A DNA stretch of 64,000 nucleotides, taken from contig OZ320314.1 of assembly GCA_976226885.1 (NCBI GenBank), positions 80,910,001 through 80,974,000 of the forward strand. The letters are read 5' to 3'. The position numbers were made by a program, and so were the translations under genes. The notes beneath the pieces are model-generated. The model was not told the DNA's origin. It searched no databases and saw only the letters and a program-made list of their open reading frames with translations. Positions 13,801 through 29,399 of this stretch are shown piece by piece. The number at the start of each line of letters is the position of its first letter. Position 1 is the first letter of the stretch. This DNA comes from Iphione sp. A-MEVVRFRX5 (Eukaryota).

Positions 13801-16800
13801 ATAGCAGCATTAGCCAAGGGTTAGGGTATCACCAGCCCCGTAGGCTGGTCATAACGGCCACCAAAAGAACATGGATGCAACTAAATAAGTGGCCAGAAGA
13901 GAGGCCTTTGAATAGAATCTACTTGATCAGACTCTTTAACAGTGCCCAGAACTAAGTAGCGTCTATAGCCTTCTCAGGCACACCTTGTAGACCACACAGA
14001 AGCGTTTGGCTCCAACGCAAACCTCGATATGTTTTACTGAAGCTTATTAGTGACCACGTGCAAGAGCGTGGCTGGTATGTAGGACGCGCGGACTTGTTAT
14101 GCTGATATCATGATTACTTTTAGAATATGATAATTAAGATTCACGCCTATGTACATCAACTTAGTCATTAAGCTGAAATAATCTGCCAAGTACTGCGGCT
14201 CCGGCCATTCCTCCAGCATGGCGGGATTTTAGACGCTCGTCAGTCGTTTGCTGTTTTCATTATTACTTCTTAGTCGTTTGACGTTTTATCTTTAACCCTC
14301 AAACCTGCTGGTCAGAATCTCTTAAAAATATTCACAGACCAAATTCCTGTACATTTATGTGAACTTACTGATAAATATATATATGTATACACATACGTCT
14401 CTTTACTTAACGCCCCCCACCCCCACTCCGATTGTTTATTACTGACTTCCGTTGAAGGATTCCAAGAAATCAGACTTGGTCGGAAATTGTTGACAGATTT
14501 GTGACTCAGTCCCTCGAGGGAAGCAAAGAGCTATGCTGTAACAATAGGTAGACACCTTTTATGTGACCTCCATTATTCTACGTGCGAAAATTTTGAACTG
14601 GGGTTATGCGGCTTAGTAAGGTTTATACCAAAACTGTGGTCAATTCATTACAGACTAAAACTCCATCCTAACGAACTTTTGGTTTGCAGTTTTATTCAGC
14701 AAACTTGGGCATTCCCTACGGTCTAGTACTCTACGTGTGTATGATAAATGATACGAAACAAGACACAAATGATTCACATATGTATAAATTACATGTACAG
14801 GCATCGTGAATTTCCTCCAGCGAATGATCAGTCGGATGTGTCTGGTCTTATTGCTAGTGAACCTAGGAAGAGAGGAACGCGTAGGGCCACTGGCCCAGGT
14901 GCGAGGCCAGGAGTGTCACTGCAGCAGGTTGAAGGTCACACAGGTGGAAAGGTAATTTACAAAGTGTTACAACTAAATCGCTTGATTGAACTTACACCTT
15001 GAGCTGTTCGTTAGACACGGCTCAACCGCAGGGTCATCTTCTTTTCACCGTGGCTGATGTTAATATAGGAGCTGTCATCCCTCCTACTGTCGCGCGCTCA
15101 ATCCGAAAGCAATATTCTCATTGCTCTGTCTGGTTTGAATTCAGCCTTGCCAAAGAGTGATAGGCATATACAATGTACACACCAATATAGCAATATCTGT
15201 AATATCAGCATTTAATGTTCGAAAGAGTTCTCTGTTCCCACAGACTCTGTGTCATCACATTCCTCAAGTCATGTGCCAGGAGGCGATCACATATTGTCAC
15301 TTGGCCATCATCTTGACTATTCGAGAGTGCACTGCGCCCCCAGCATTGTTGATGTAAAATGCTACCGTTGCACTGTCGAATCGGTAATACGCACACGAGA
15401 ACAGGCCCGAGTGAAGAATCGTTCCGAATGACACACTTCGCCAGACAGCTGATAGAAGGAAAAGTGTATGAGAAAAGGGATTGGGGTGTATCATGATGTA
15501 TGGGTTACGGTTTTCAGTGAGACCTAGGCGATCAGGTACAGGACTTTAGTGAAATCACTTGGCCCTTGATTATAATATACAAAACGACCTCCAACAGGTG
15601 ACTTACGTCGAAGTGTACACAACTCCGACCTATGCCAAGCCCTTCTTTCTTCCAACCACCCTTGCCCGCTTTAGTAAGTAGGGGTCACATTCCCTGTGGG
15701 TAGGCAGTGGTTTTCAGAGATCCACTCAGGGAGAAATGTGATTAGACCGCCCTCCCATCGCAAGCCATACAAGCTTCCCAGTGGAATGGCCGGCCTGGCC
15801 AAACCCAGACCCGCGCTCCTGGCGGATCAAGGTGTGGGGCGGGGGCGAGAGGGCGGGCGGACGCTATAGGTGGTACTGAGCCCGGCCCCCTGCAGGGCTA
15901 ACTGGATCCATTGTCCGAGTCACCGTTTATGCCTATTGGATCCCGGTGCTAACCCTTGTAGACTGAGGTGATTCGAGATATTCAACCCTAATGCGAAAAG
16001 CACGTTAATTGCATAAAGGGGCCCAACAAGAAGGGTTGTTGAGATAGGTCTATCATGAGTTGGCAGAGCAAAGGTGTACAGGTATATCTACTGGCCTTTA
16101 AACAGACCACTCACACCCATCGAGTCACATGCTTTCGAAGTCATGGCTGTTATTCTACGCATGATAAGTATTCTCTGTTGCGCAGATAATGCACTGAAAC
16201 CAATACCTACTATTTCTACACCAAGGAAAAGGCCAGCAAAACAAGTCCAATGTGTAAAGACGGTGTTCTATACAACCCTGATGATATTCATATTGTGATA
16301 TCGTACGCATATAACAGCTTAATAAAAAATATTTGAATCACGTAAATCATTCCGAAACGTTCGCGAAAGCTTGAAAGAAATACTAAAATCTTAATTCAAT
16401 AATGCTGCTGTACCTGTGACTGTATGTCTTTATTGCGCCATGTTTTTAACACTTCAGTGACTGTTCCCCCTTTATCCAGTCTATGCAGCCTTTACTGGCA
16501 GGGGGTGAAAGGGGCAGGCTTTCTTCGTCTGTGGATATATTACGGGAGCGTTTGTTTGCTGTCGTATATAACCAGGATCCACTTCCGTTGGCCAGTGACT
16601 TCTTGCCCGAACGCAACCTCTTTGAATAGACAGCAGTGACAAACAAAGAAATGCTTTAGAATATGAGCAATGTGGCTGTTTAAGGACAGGTACCTGCGGA
16701 TCTATTCATGGTACGTGTACAAGGTCAGCTTTTAACAAATGCCCTTGAGATCTTTATTTGCGTAGGAGTAGGGAGTGAGTATCTTGAAAATTTCTGTAGG

Positions 16801-19800
16801 GTGTAATATTTGCACTCGCATGGAAAAAGCACGTCTGGAAGGGTTGAAGGGTTAGAGGTATGTGCCGAAAGAGAGGGTTAATAAAGTTCAACTGTCCAGG
16901 GTGGTAGACCTTGTATTATCACAAAGCACCACATGCGAGGTCCTGTTTGGGCCTATCAGGACTAAGGGGCAACCAAACCTCGATGAATAGACTTACCCAC
17001 AGTCACTGATTCCTAGAATATGCTCACCTTTATATTGCAGGTCCTCTTGTGTTATTCATGCAGAAGGGGTGTCGGTGTGTCTCGGTATGAACGAATTTGC
17101 TATTATTCAACGATCAATCATATTTTTTTAAGGGCCGTCGAAAAACCTCCACCATCGTTCACAACCAGGTTGAACAGTTACATTCTTGAGGTGTTCCTCG
17201 TTACATTCACTGAAATTCACTGCACGATGTTGTATGTGTGTTTGTGTGTCGGCGGATGTGAATATACGTGCATACGTAATATAAATGTACATAATAGAGC
17301 ATTTTCAGGACCAATCATAGTTATTTGCGATGGAGTTGCTTCCACGTCTACCGCCTGACCTTTTGCACCCCTAACGTTGTTGTGATGTCGTTGCCCCAAC
17401 ATGTCATTGTCGCCCGTTGCCAAGTGAGGGTTAGTGCCTGTGGTAGGAGACAGCCTCATATTTACCTGAGGGTGTTGGAACATTTCATGAGAGGAGCGGC
17501 GGGAGGAGTGGGTTGAATGGCAGCTCCATGGATCAAAGACCCAACGTAATAACACCCTATCCCCTGACCCACCCCGATGCACATACAAACACTCATCTGC
17601 ACCCCAGCTCCCCCTTTCCGGTGTATTCCACACACCTGAAGCCTCCCACTCCGTCCGTCCCTCAGATCTGTCGTTCTCTGATTTCCCTTATGCCAACGTT
17701 TCGTGCCCCTTACCTTTACAGGAAATGAAATAGGTTTGTGGACCATATATGTACATTGTCCGTGCATTTAGATTTACATAAAACGGTTTATGTATTTGCG
17801 TGTAGGCAGGGGCGGGGGGCTGTGGAGTATCGTGGGAGAAAACACTAATAGTGCAATGCATTTTTATGTTGCTTGACAAGAAGCACAAAGAAATGCGATA
17901 GTGAACCAAAAAGAAAATCGAGAAGAGTGGTTGGACGATCGTATTTCCCTAGAAGGTGACCACCCCAACGTACGATGTTCCATTTAAACGCATATATTTC
18001 AACCCTGACTCCTTCATAAAATTGTACACGTCACTCAACATAACATATTCAAGTTCACCTACACTTAAACGCTAGTACATACATTCGGTATGTGGTTTTT
18101 TCGGGGGTGATTCCCTACTTTAGGGTGTGGGAGAGGAAATATTCCTCTGATCTAATATATTGTAACGGGGCAAAACTATTGCAGTATGTGGGAGTGTCAG
18201 TTCCGATTAACACGGGGAACGGCGACCTATTGGTGCTGTGTTAGTAATACCTAACCTCCCCACCCTTTCCTTTACTGTCAACACCCCCGTAGCGCCTACC
18301 CTGGTATGACGACCCGCAAGGATCCAGATCTCCACGCCAGAGAGGGTACAAGCGCCGTTGTGTGCTAGTGGGTGAGGTAGGGTGAAAATTGGCAGGAGGG
18401 GGACAGGGCGACAGGGGATCCACTTGGTGGCTGCCAGGTTACCCTTACAACCCCCTATATGCCAAACATAAGAGGGTGTCATTAGTTTTCTTGGCACTGG
18501 TTGCCTGAGAAACATAACCAGGTATAATAGTGCAAGATTCTGGCGGCGGAGGGGTGTCCCATAGGAAGGCAGGGGCAAAAAGTACCCTGCGATTAGGGAG
18601 CTGGTTTAGTTGCACTCCTGGTTCTACACGAAGGCATTAGCGGAATGTGTGTCTGTCCTGTGAAGTCATATCATATACATTCAACGTAACGACAATGCCT
18701 TCGTCGAGGAACAACTTGCACATACACGAAGGTAAGCTCTTTGGGTTGGATTCTTCACACATTGCTTTTCCATTGTCTGCAGATATATACCAAGTACATG
18801 TAAAGGCGTCGTGTTCATCTCGTCTCTCGTATAAGTATACATATATACATGTGTACTTGTGTGTTGCATCGCCTGGTATTCGTCAGAAAAATATTATAGA
18901 CACATCACATTTTAAAGTCAAGATTGAAATGAAAGTAAAAGGCTTCATGGGTTGTTTGTGACCGCAAAAGGTGTAGACAGCAATTCTATACAAATGATAC
19001 TTTGGTAGTCACTAACTGGTGACATAGAGTATTGAAGCTCAGGGACCTCTTAAGACTGAATGGAAGGACAAGCTGTTACTATCTCAAATATGTTAAAGAA
19101 GAATGGATACGATGGGGGAAAAACTGATAGGCTGCATAAATATGGAAATGGTCCATATCAAACAGAAATGGATTTCCCATACCAAACTATGATAATCTAC
19201 CGAGTTTTACCCACTACACGGAGCCCATACCGACAGTCTGTCAAGTCGAGCGAAGCTACCCTATACCTTCTGCGACTAGGCGGACAGGCGATGCCAGTCA
19301 CACCGTTAGGTGTGAAGCCATACCAACCTTTGCCCTCTATTCCCTAGCCCCACCCTAGAGCCTGTCTCCCCCCAACCCCGTCCTCTTGAACGATCCCAGG
19401 CACCTGTGCTGCTTCTCGGATCGTCTACAAACAGGTCTGTAAGCTGTGGTTGCTGTCCTCCTCCTTTTACGTGCACACCAAACTTACAGGCCAGCACAAG
19501 GACATATTGAGCAGGACGCAGTAAATGTAAAGTGCACTCGCCCTCTCTACCTTAGCTTTTAATCAGCGTCCTCATTACGATCGGCGACCTAATATGCCCT
19601 CTGTTTGAAGTCAGTTCGTTCGCAGTGCCTCCCCTCGCTGACCTCATTATAGAACTTCGATAACGATTTGGTTATTATGATTCCCCCCTCCCCCGTTTAC
19701 CAACGAGTATATATCATCATGTCCTCACGTTTAGCGGTCGCATATGTAACGATGAGGCAACAGGTAAATATATTTCACGCGATCGGCATGAAGAGGCTGG

Positions 19801-22800
19801 GCCTACTCTGACCAGGAGATGTGCTGCTATCCTCCAGCCTACCCTATACCCATACCTATAGCCTTGCTTATATATACAACCGACGCAAGGTCAAAGCCAT
19901 CAACCTCTTCGCCCCTTATCTTCAAATTATCCATTTATTATTTTGAGTCCAATTTTAACATTGCCCTAACTAACTACTTGTCCGCATCCCCTCTCTGCTT
20001 TCGCTATTTATATGGGGAATGTAATCATTTGCAACAGTCCCGACGGCTTGTTTCGGTCTGCCTGGCAGTAATCGTCCATGCGGGTGGGATAGGGGTAGCA
20101 CTAGCGGGTGATGTTTGAGAAGAAAGCCCATGGGTATGTATATATAATTACATACATCTCTCCCCAGGTGTATTACACAATATTCTCCCGGATAAGGACT
20201 AGAAACCGTAAAAAACGATGGCCTGATATTGTGGTCATTTGTGGGGGCGAAGTATAAATGTTCGCGTCTGCTGGAAGTAGCATAATGCATCCGCGGAAGC
20301 TATCCGCATAGAGCTTAGACAGAACAGGTAAAGGAGCGTTTTTTAAAACAATTATCTTTGTATCGGTGTCTATTAACCGTATACATGTATATGTAGGGTG
20401 CATGTTGTTAGTCGCATATTATCTTTTATGCATGTAACTATCTGCTGCAGCCAGCATTCCTCGATCTAGTTTTACCACTTATAACCGACGTTAGAAGCCT
20501 ATTATATTTGAGGCGATCCAAATTGATATTACCATTCATACCGAGGTTGTAGGTCCGTCTCTGTGTTGGTTACGGCCTAGGGTGTTTCGCACGTGGCAGA
20601 ATGTGTCCTGGAGTGCTCCCAAAGGCAGGGTGTTCTAGGCCTCCAGGGTGCCGGCAAGAGAAGACTCAACGACTCAGCCAGAGGTGGGACGGCAAGAGGC
20701 GGGGAGGTGGTACATACGATATAAGAGGTTTAACTGGCGGTGGTCTAATCTAAAGGTGGAAAATTGGCATTGGGCGCAGGGCGGGCCCGCCCGGACCCGC
20801 TTCAGTAGCTTGCCCTCCTACTTCCTTCACGCCAACGCAGCTACCACCGGCAGCTTGATTCCCCTTCCTCTTAAGACGCTAAAAGAATGGAGATCTAACG
20901 ACTTAGGGACGACAAGGTATAATGAACTAAACACACCCCTTTCATTCTGCGAAAAGCACACCCCTTTATAACGACCGGTTAAGAAGCATACGATATGTGC
21001 TTTCAGAGCCGAAGAGGGAATACTTCCTCTCCTCAAGCTGTTACCCTTAAGCCGGATAACTTACATGAGTCCCCTGGTCTGATATAATTGTAATTGTTCC
21101 TCTTGCCTCCACCCTGCCTCTATAGATTCCCGTTAGCTTTAACCTCCCTGTACCTGGGGCGGCAGTTGTGTCAGGTGAGTTATGCTGGGTGCTATACTTT
21201 GTCATATACAGGTACACCCTTCGTGCCTCCAGGGTCTCCTGCTCGAAGCCGGGCGGTGGTTTAGGGGGTGGTGGTTGTGCAGGTTAAGGGGGAGGGTTGG
21301 CAGTAAAGCATTAGGGGTGGCTCCTCCTACCCGCTGCTTGCATGACTGACAACGCGAGACGTTTGCAGCACCGGGACAGGCCCGGACCTTGCCCCTGCTG
21401 GGCGCCGATCCATGGGGCCGCCACCCTCCCTCCTCGAGCGTCGGCAGGGCTCAACGGGCGTCACTGGGGCCCAGCTTGGGGGCTGCTTGCAGAATAGTAT
21501 TACTCAGTTCTAAAGCCCCAAACCCACCGCCACCTCTCTTATACCTAGTTTCCTCCAATCTCTGCCCCCCCCCCCCACCCGCCACCAACTTCCAACCCAA
21601 CCCTCCAGCGCCGCCCCCCTCCAACAAACTACCCAGAACCCCCCGCCTCTGGCTTTGTACGCTTTCCAACACCATTCTTACCTGTGCACCCCGACCAGTG
21701 CCTACAATCCCTGACTGGATAAATTACCTTCTCAGTCGTCGTGAGCTAGACGAGGTGATATCAAACCTCGGGGTTACCCTCCCGCTCGGAAATTCACGGT
21801 CCAGTCCAGCTACTCACAGTCCGCAGGCAACAGGCATTGGGGGCGTTATTATACCGTATCCGGTGTAACCTACATCAAAACAGAGCCGTAGTTTTACCCG
21901 TCTGGTCCGTGGCTCGCCACCTGATGACAGAGCACCTGAGAGCTGGCAAGCACTATGTATGGATGCTACGGTAAATGCATTTGACTTGTCTAGAGTTGAG
22001 ATGGGTTTGGTGTGTGCAGACGACGGAAAGTGGAGGATATGGAACCAGTGTCACATGACCGAAATCGACCGCCGCGCCTCCCCCTCTAGTTTGAGTACTC
22101 ACGCAGAGTACCGGCCACTAATATTTATTGGATTCTGAGGCACAGGACCGTTTGAGATGACATAAACTGATATATCTGGGTGCTGTCTCCGTTACTTTGA
22201 TATTTGTAAAAATTTTTGATTTACAGTGCTTAAATACACAACGTGCATGTAGGATATTCCAACCAGTTGCTTCCAAATTGTACACCTACACACCTACATT
22301 AACGCTCACGCGTATGTTCGTATACCGCATCCATATGCATGCATCCCGAAATTTGTATTGGGAAACGATTGTGTTCTAAGCTTGAACAAGGCAGCACGTT
22401 ATTTATATATATATATGCCCTGTCTAACAAATGGTCTTGAAACATTTATGGTTCCTCAATCACAAGCGTTATAATGCACATATTGATACGAAGGAACATT
22501 TCGATCAATATTCGTGAGTAAACACACATTCGATACAGTGTTGATTCGTCTGCATAAGTTTGATGCCGTCATTTGTTGACCGAAGTTAATGAAGTATATC
22601 TTTGCTCTGCAAAATTTACGAAACGCATTTTGATTCTGTTCAAAGTCCAGTCCCATTTTTTCTCGCTTACCTCGACACCCATACACATGAAAACACGTAC
22701 AGTTACCGTACCACCTACGTACATATACATATGTAGTGTTTGTATATCACAATTTGTGTCACTCTTCTAACGCCCTGTGAAACACATGATATGTGCATAT

Positions 22801-25800
22801 GTACATATATATTGTACATGTATATGTAATATTAGTAGGGGCGGATGCTTCAAAGTCCCGGAACGTGTAGGTAGATATAATTGCTATACAGTAATTAAAA
22901 AAAACAAAACATTTCCTAACCTGGCACCTGTACTTTGTGTGATGAGACCACACACTACTATAACTTGAAAATATACATGCATGTACATAGCGGCATACTA
23001 ATTCAAAGTTTGTTTTTTATCAATTTACTACTGTTTAACATTAGAGGTCAGCCAACATCATTTAGCTTGTAATATAGTTTGTAGATTGATATCCTACCTT
23101 TTATTACTGCACTTAAGTTTTTTTGTGTATTTAAAGTATGTATTGAGAATTCATCTGTGCAATGCACATATACGTCACCTTAAATAAGATTACACACCTA
23201 TGATTTAAAAGAGGAAGTGGAATATATCGAAAATGTATAGGAAAATGGGTAATTTGCATGAAGTATCACAAAGACTGTTAATACTAGTTTTATTTGACAT
23301 GCGTGCATTTTCTACACTTGAATTCGACAGGTATATATGTAATAATTCGTGTGATTTGGAGGGATACTGTGCATGCATATCCATATAAAGTTGTACATGC
23401 ACCCACTCACATACAGACGCATGGGTATGCATCTGCACTTGTCCGTGGATTTGAGCTATTTTCCTGATGGAAATGGGTAAATCAAAAGTAATTTGAACAG
23501 AAATGTTCGTTACCTATGCCAACACCATATATGGACTTTTTACACCATATTGTTTTTTTCCATTTGAATCCGTGATTTAGTTTTGTCGTACAAAGTAATA
23601 TCAAACAAAAAGCCACCGTGGGTATACGAGGCCCTTTAAGCGATGGATGACAGAGCAAAACACTACATGTACTTCCACTAAGAGGTCTTATTTAAAAAGC
23701 TTATTTAATAATATTCTCGTCACTTCGGTCACGTGATGATCTATTTGAATTCATTGGCTGGATCTACGTCGAATGTGATAGGTATTTTCTCTCCGATTTT
23801 GTTTTTTGTGTTTTTGTCCATAGTTTCTTGTGTGTTTTACACTGAACAGGCGAATGTCCATGAGATTGACAGAGTGTCGAAAAGATTGCATTGACTGCAG
23901 AACATGCTGCACCAGTGTTATTATACTTGACTCCCTAACCACTAAACGGTTTAGAGCTCCGTTCCCTGACGTGTATGTGTCAATATTGTTCCCCGTCGGG
24001 CCTGCACGCACGCCGAGGTTGTTTGGCTAGGCCAGGGTGTAGATAATAATGACAAACATCATTCATGTGGGCTGGCCGTATGTCGTGTGTTTAATATATT
24101 CCAAGCCACTTACTTAAAGACTATGGCCCCGCCGATATGATCTCACCTTGCCGGAGAAAGAAAGAGGGGCAGGGTGCTTGGGTAAAACCGACGGAGGGAG
24201 CTTATATGATCTCAGGAGGTAAGACACGTGTGGCGCCCGGCATTTATGAAAAGAGGGGAAAAAATTAAGTCTCATCATGTCATTATTGCTTACTCACTCC
24301 AGCGCAGGCATGCGCAACGTATAGAGCCCTGACTGAAACGACGCAGTTGGGCACTCTTATCGCGCCCCTTGTCCTGGTGCGGGGACAAGTGTATGGTTGA
24401 GTGTGTACGTCCAAGGCAGCGCCCGGGAAAACTCGGCAGGCTCCGCTGCGCGGGCACACAACGCGAATTAAATCAGCGACGTCCCGGCGGCGTAAGCTGA
24501 CGATCACGTAGGCGCCATCGCCACCGAACCCACGCCGTATTGGAGGTACTATATAGTGGCGTGGTGTCGGGTGATGTTGCTGATGCTTTGTTGACATGTG
24601 ATCCTTGCTTCATCGCCCCTCCGACCGGAGGAGTCATTTTTTGCCATGGCTGTTCGACCATTTTTGCGTGGGAACCATAAATAGATTCTGTACGTGGCAC
24701 CACCGCCCTTTGCAGCGAGAACAACCCAGGTCATTTGTAAAGTTACACCTTTTTTCCTACTTTTTCCTCGCTACGTTTGTTTTAGACCATGCCCTCCCCC
24801 AACACATTCCGTTATTGTTTCATAGGGTCAGCCCGCAGGTCAGTGATGTCAGCCATAGTTACACACACCCCTCAGGGTTGGTGGAGGTTGGGGTGCTGGT
24901 AGTGGGTAGGGTGCTCTCGGACCCATAGTAACTCACGGGCATGCTGTTTTCAGTAGTCGAGAACATGTCAGCACACGACTGAAAATTATACCCGATACCC
25001 CACCCCCACCCCGACCCCCCATTTGGCTTCTAGGAATTGTTATAAGTTATACCTGTATGCTAACAGCACAAAGGTATGCACGTATCGGCACGTGTGTGTG
25101 GTTTTGTCTACTAGCTTGACGGGGGCTATTGTCAATTGTGTGTCTATTTGGATAAGCATTTTGTTGAAGGATGGCCGCACCCAGTTAATGTAATACGCTA
25201 TTTGCGACATGGTGAGTGAAACGTTAAATTACACATTCACACAAATGTTTCATTTATTCAACGCGGGAGTACAGAGACATAACAATGACTGGTGGTAAAG
25301 AAAGCCTGAATATATTTCTTAACCAGACAGATTTGATTCAACGTTTCAGGCAGCATGATGTACATGAAAGCATACGTGTACGAACCAAGACGGATGGACG
25401 GAAAGTGCATTATCATCAACAATTATGTGCATAACGTGACCATGCATTCAACATGGCATGTCAATGTTAAGTACAAGTAACAGAGCATGTCATACATCAT
25501 TGTTTATATCACGCGGACCACTGATCTATGAACGTTTATCATCATGTAATGTATAGCCATGGTTACGTTCATTGTACACATATCGTATCACTTTCTTCCT
25601 CAACATAAGGCAGACTTTCCATGTATCTATGTTTATGCTATCAGATGCGTAGTCATGATGTGTGGGAAAACTAAGACATAGGACAAACTTCCCCCTTACC
25701 CATGTGTCTGGACATTACACATACAGAGGGGTCACCATGACGCCGATTGGCTAACCCCTGTTTTTTATGGCTACAGATGCATGAGAGTAATGTGGGATAG

Positions 25801-28800
25801 GTTGATTTCAACAACCAACAGTTATCAACCTGGTACATGTACTTCGAAAAGGATATGGACCATGGATTGGAGGTTCCATGAAATTTGCAATATGGGGTAG
25901 ACATCATAAAATTAATGCATGTACCTGGAAAAACTGCCGAACAGATTTCAACCACAGTGATGTGAAAGATGGAGAGGCTGTTTGTTTTGCTCTCGAGCAG
26001 ATGATTTCAAGCTGCCTTATTGACGAGGTTGTTTGGGGTCACCTCTCATCGTCAGAAGTTACATAATCAGTGGCTGGGCGTCAGCCTTAAGAATTAGAGG
26101 AGTGCTTCCCGTGAGACTGCACACAATGACACTGTCCTTAGATGGTTATACCCACAAACCTCGTTGATAAATTCAGCTCACATTTTCACACTGCAGGCTC
26201 CAACATTTTACATGTCTATGCTGAAGTGTTTTACACATATGGTTCCACTTCTGTTGATATATCTTTCAGCAAATTGCACACGATTTTGACAGTTAATCCA
26301 GCGTCATTACAATTAAATGTAGCATTCGGATTCATGTCTAGATATGAGATTCGTCTTTATACATCATATTTGGAGTTATCACGTGTTTATTATGAAATTA
26401 TTCCCAGTAGACAATCGTATTTCAAACAATCATACGTGGAGGACCACTAATATAAAAAATGGGCATTATTTACGGGTTCTCTTGTCCTCCTGTATAATTG
26501 GTACAGTTTTAATAGTTGCCGAAATACAGGCTAGTCAGGCCAAAGGGTCGAGGACCTGTTGGTTGACGGCGCACTGATAGAGAGGCTGGTTGTATACCCT
26601 GTGCGAGGTAGGTTGGGGTCTGGAATAAGGTGCACCGTATCCCGGATGCGTGCCGGTGGCCGAAGCCTGCATGAAACTCTCATTAAATTAATAGTTGTCA
26701 TGATAGCCGATGAGTGCTGGGTCGTAATCATGGAACAAATTTAAATGGAAACCATTCAGGGGAGCTGTATAAGTTGCGACCTTTTTCAACTTGCGCTTCC
26801 GTCATGGACAGTGCATAGATTGGAAGCGAAAAAAAGGCCAAATACTTTAGCAGGAATACGTCTATTTACCCGTATTATATTTATACATATGAGGGCATAC
26901 TAGCGCATACCCTTATCTCTGTAGAACCAGCATGGGCTTATGAGCATTTGTATTTTATATTAAGGCATATTGAACCGAGCATATTCTCCTCTTCTCAACA
27001 GCTGTATACGCCGAGGGAGGGAATGTGACTAGAACTCACATGGCTTATTGTCCTCCGACCTACGTCCGGCTGTGGGAGCTCTATGTGTAGCATGCTAGGG
27101 GTGAAACAAGGGGTGTAATCAATGTGGGAAATCGATTGCAAGGATGTCAACAACATTGATCCCGCCCTCTGGATCAACTCCCCCCACCCCACTCTCCACC
27201 CCGCTGCGTCCGCCCCTTCTATACCTCGAGCTTCGGCCGACCTCGCCAGAACCAGAATGAATTCGACGGACAGTGGACTCTCACACTTTGCCCATGCACC
27301 CAATCTTTTGTTCGCCAAGTCATGTGTTTCCACTGAATTTCTCCCTGCTTGCCATTCACGATCACGGATCACAATTGAACGCCACCCCTCTCCATTTAAC
27401 CCCTTCTCGTTTAACTCATATGACCTGGACGAGCACCTCGGTTCAACATACATGTACGTTGTACGGGTAAATTTAGCTTATTCCTTCGAACGTGTACATT
27501 TTATGTGTATTCCCTGACAAATGGTACGTAGAATTCTAGAGTACTTTCACGTTTTTACTCTTTATTTGACCGTATGTTCGCCGTGTCTGAGGAATACCAA
27601 AAGTCTACCATTAATAGCACGGTAAGGGTTAAGGGTGGTGGTAGATTCACTCAATCAGCTAGTCAGCGACAATGGTGAATAGGACAAGAATTAGGCGGGG
27701 GGGGGGCTTGTATTGACCTGTGGGCGTACGCGGGTTTGAACTTGCTCCCTGACGAGCATTCCTCACCAATAAGCACCACAGTTATAATCAAAACCTATCC
27801 ATATAATTTGCTCAGATAGTTATCGTATATCTCCTGTTGATAGTTGCAGCAAAATCGGCTTAGAAACTTGCCCGGAGACAGTCGTATAAAGTAATCAGTT
27901 ATCAGGCAACATAAGGAGTGAGGCTTCGGCAAGTTAACTACCCACGGGGCATGGGGTCATATGTACAACAGTTGATTTGCGGCTAATTGTTGACCACAGC
28001 GAGTATACGGGGGGTTGCATGCTGGTAGAAACCAGAATTATTATGTCACGTCAGATACGAGAGACACAGGTACAGACAGATAGAGATAAGAGACGAGGGT
28101 ATACCAAGAAGAGTGTAGATTACCAATGCAAACTGCACAAGTGCACGTGTGTATAAATAGTGTACACCTAAACATAAAATAGATCATTGGCCTGGGCATA
28201 TATTCAAAGATGTTAAAGAGCACTGGCCGAACTAAATTTGTTGCAAGCTCACTTTTACGGACACCGAATTATAAAGGTCAGGCGGAGGACATATTAAATG
28301 ATTGGTATTGAGGTAGAGAAAGCAGAAGGTAGACGGAAAGTGAGCGAGATCCAATAACGTCCCCTGGCATGTTGCCATCGGTCAGGGTTAAATGAAAGGT
28401 CATGACCTAAGCGTCAACCCCAGTCGTCCGGGTACATGACGGGGCGGCAGGGATAATGGAAGAAAAGGGCACCAGAGGTCCTCCAGAGGGCACGGGTTAT
28501 GTAGGACGCAAATTGATTATGGAATATTTCTGGGCGAGGTGGCGGCGAAGGGTATTACGGACCCTTTCCTCGCCTCCTCCTCAGCAGGGGTGGCCGCGCC
28601 TGGCTGTACTGGGACCGGCGCGTTGCCGCGCTTGTTGTCGCCGGCGCGGATTGGGCTCTCAACTGGGAGCTAGAAAAGCCCGCGAGACCGGGCCGTGTTG
28701 AAGGTGCTGTGGGGGGAGGGGGCATTTGGGGCGGCAACCATGGTGGAGGCATTGCCCACTAGGGGTGGTATTAGTAACCAGGCAGCCTCTGCGACCACCA

Positions 28801-29399
28801 CAGCAGGCCCACCGCCCACCGCCGCCTGGCTGCCCACTCTACCCCGCTTCGTGGCCGCAAACACGCCACGAACTGGGATCCCGCTCATTTCTCCAGGGTG
28901 GCAGGGGGATCCATTTAGACCTAGAGGAGTTCACCGAGGGGTTGCTATCCTCATCAGCGTCGGATACTGTATAGAATATCAGCGGAGTATGTGCAGGTGA
29001 CACGACCAAATGCTGAAGCTTTCCGAGTGTGGCCACCCTAAAAAGGTTATTGGCGATCAGGCAATCTGTCTTCTTGCAACACCATGATTCCTCTCAGATT
29101 GGCCGCCCGTTAAGTGGATTACAAGTGCAAACTTGCCTTGGTATTGCAGCTATTATAGCCTCGCCGCCAAGTTCTTGTGTAGGTTTTTAAATATTGAATC
29201 CTAGCTTTGGTGCGCTTGTGAATGAGCAATACGACTAAGCTTTACCAAATTCCTTACAATCCAGTTGCAGTTTTCTCACGCATGCATGTTATTTACCTTG
29301 CAATTAGCTCAGCACATTCAGCACTAAAAATCAAACTAGAGCGGGATAATCTCTTACATTGCTCATCATTAATGTTATTTTTCTCTCTTTTTTCTGCAG

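Noticed and set aside
661-28974. Numerous 60-160 aa Pro/Gly/Arg-rich ORFs in the GC-rich islands
   Set aside because: Low-complexity translations of G/C-run DNA, mostly with GTG or TTG starts, present on both strands and lacking domain signatures.
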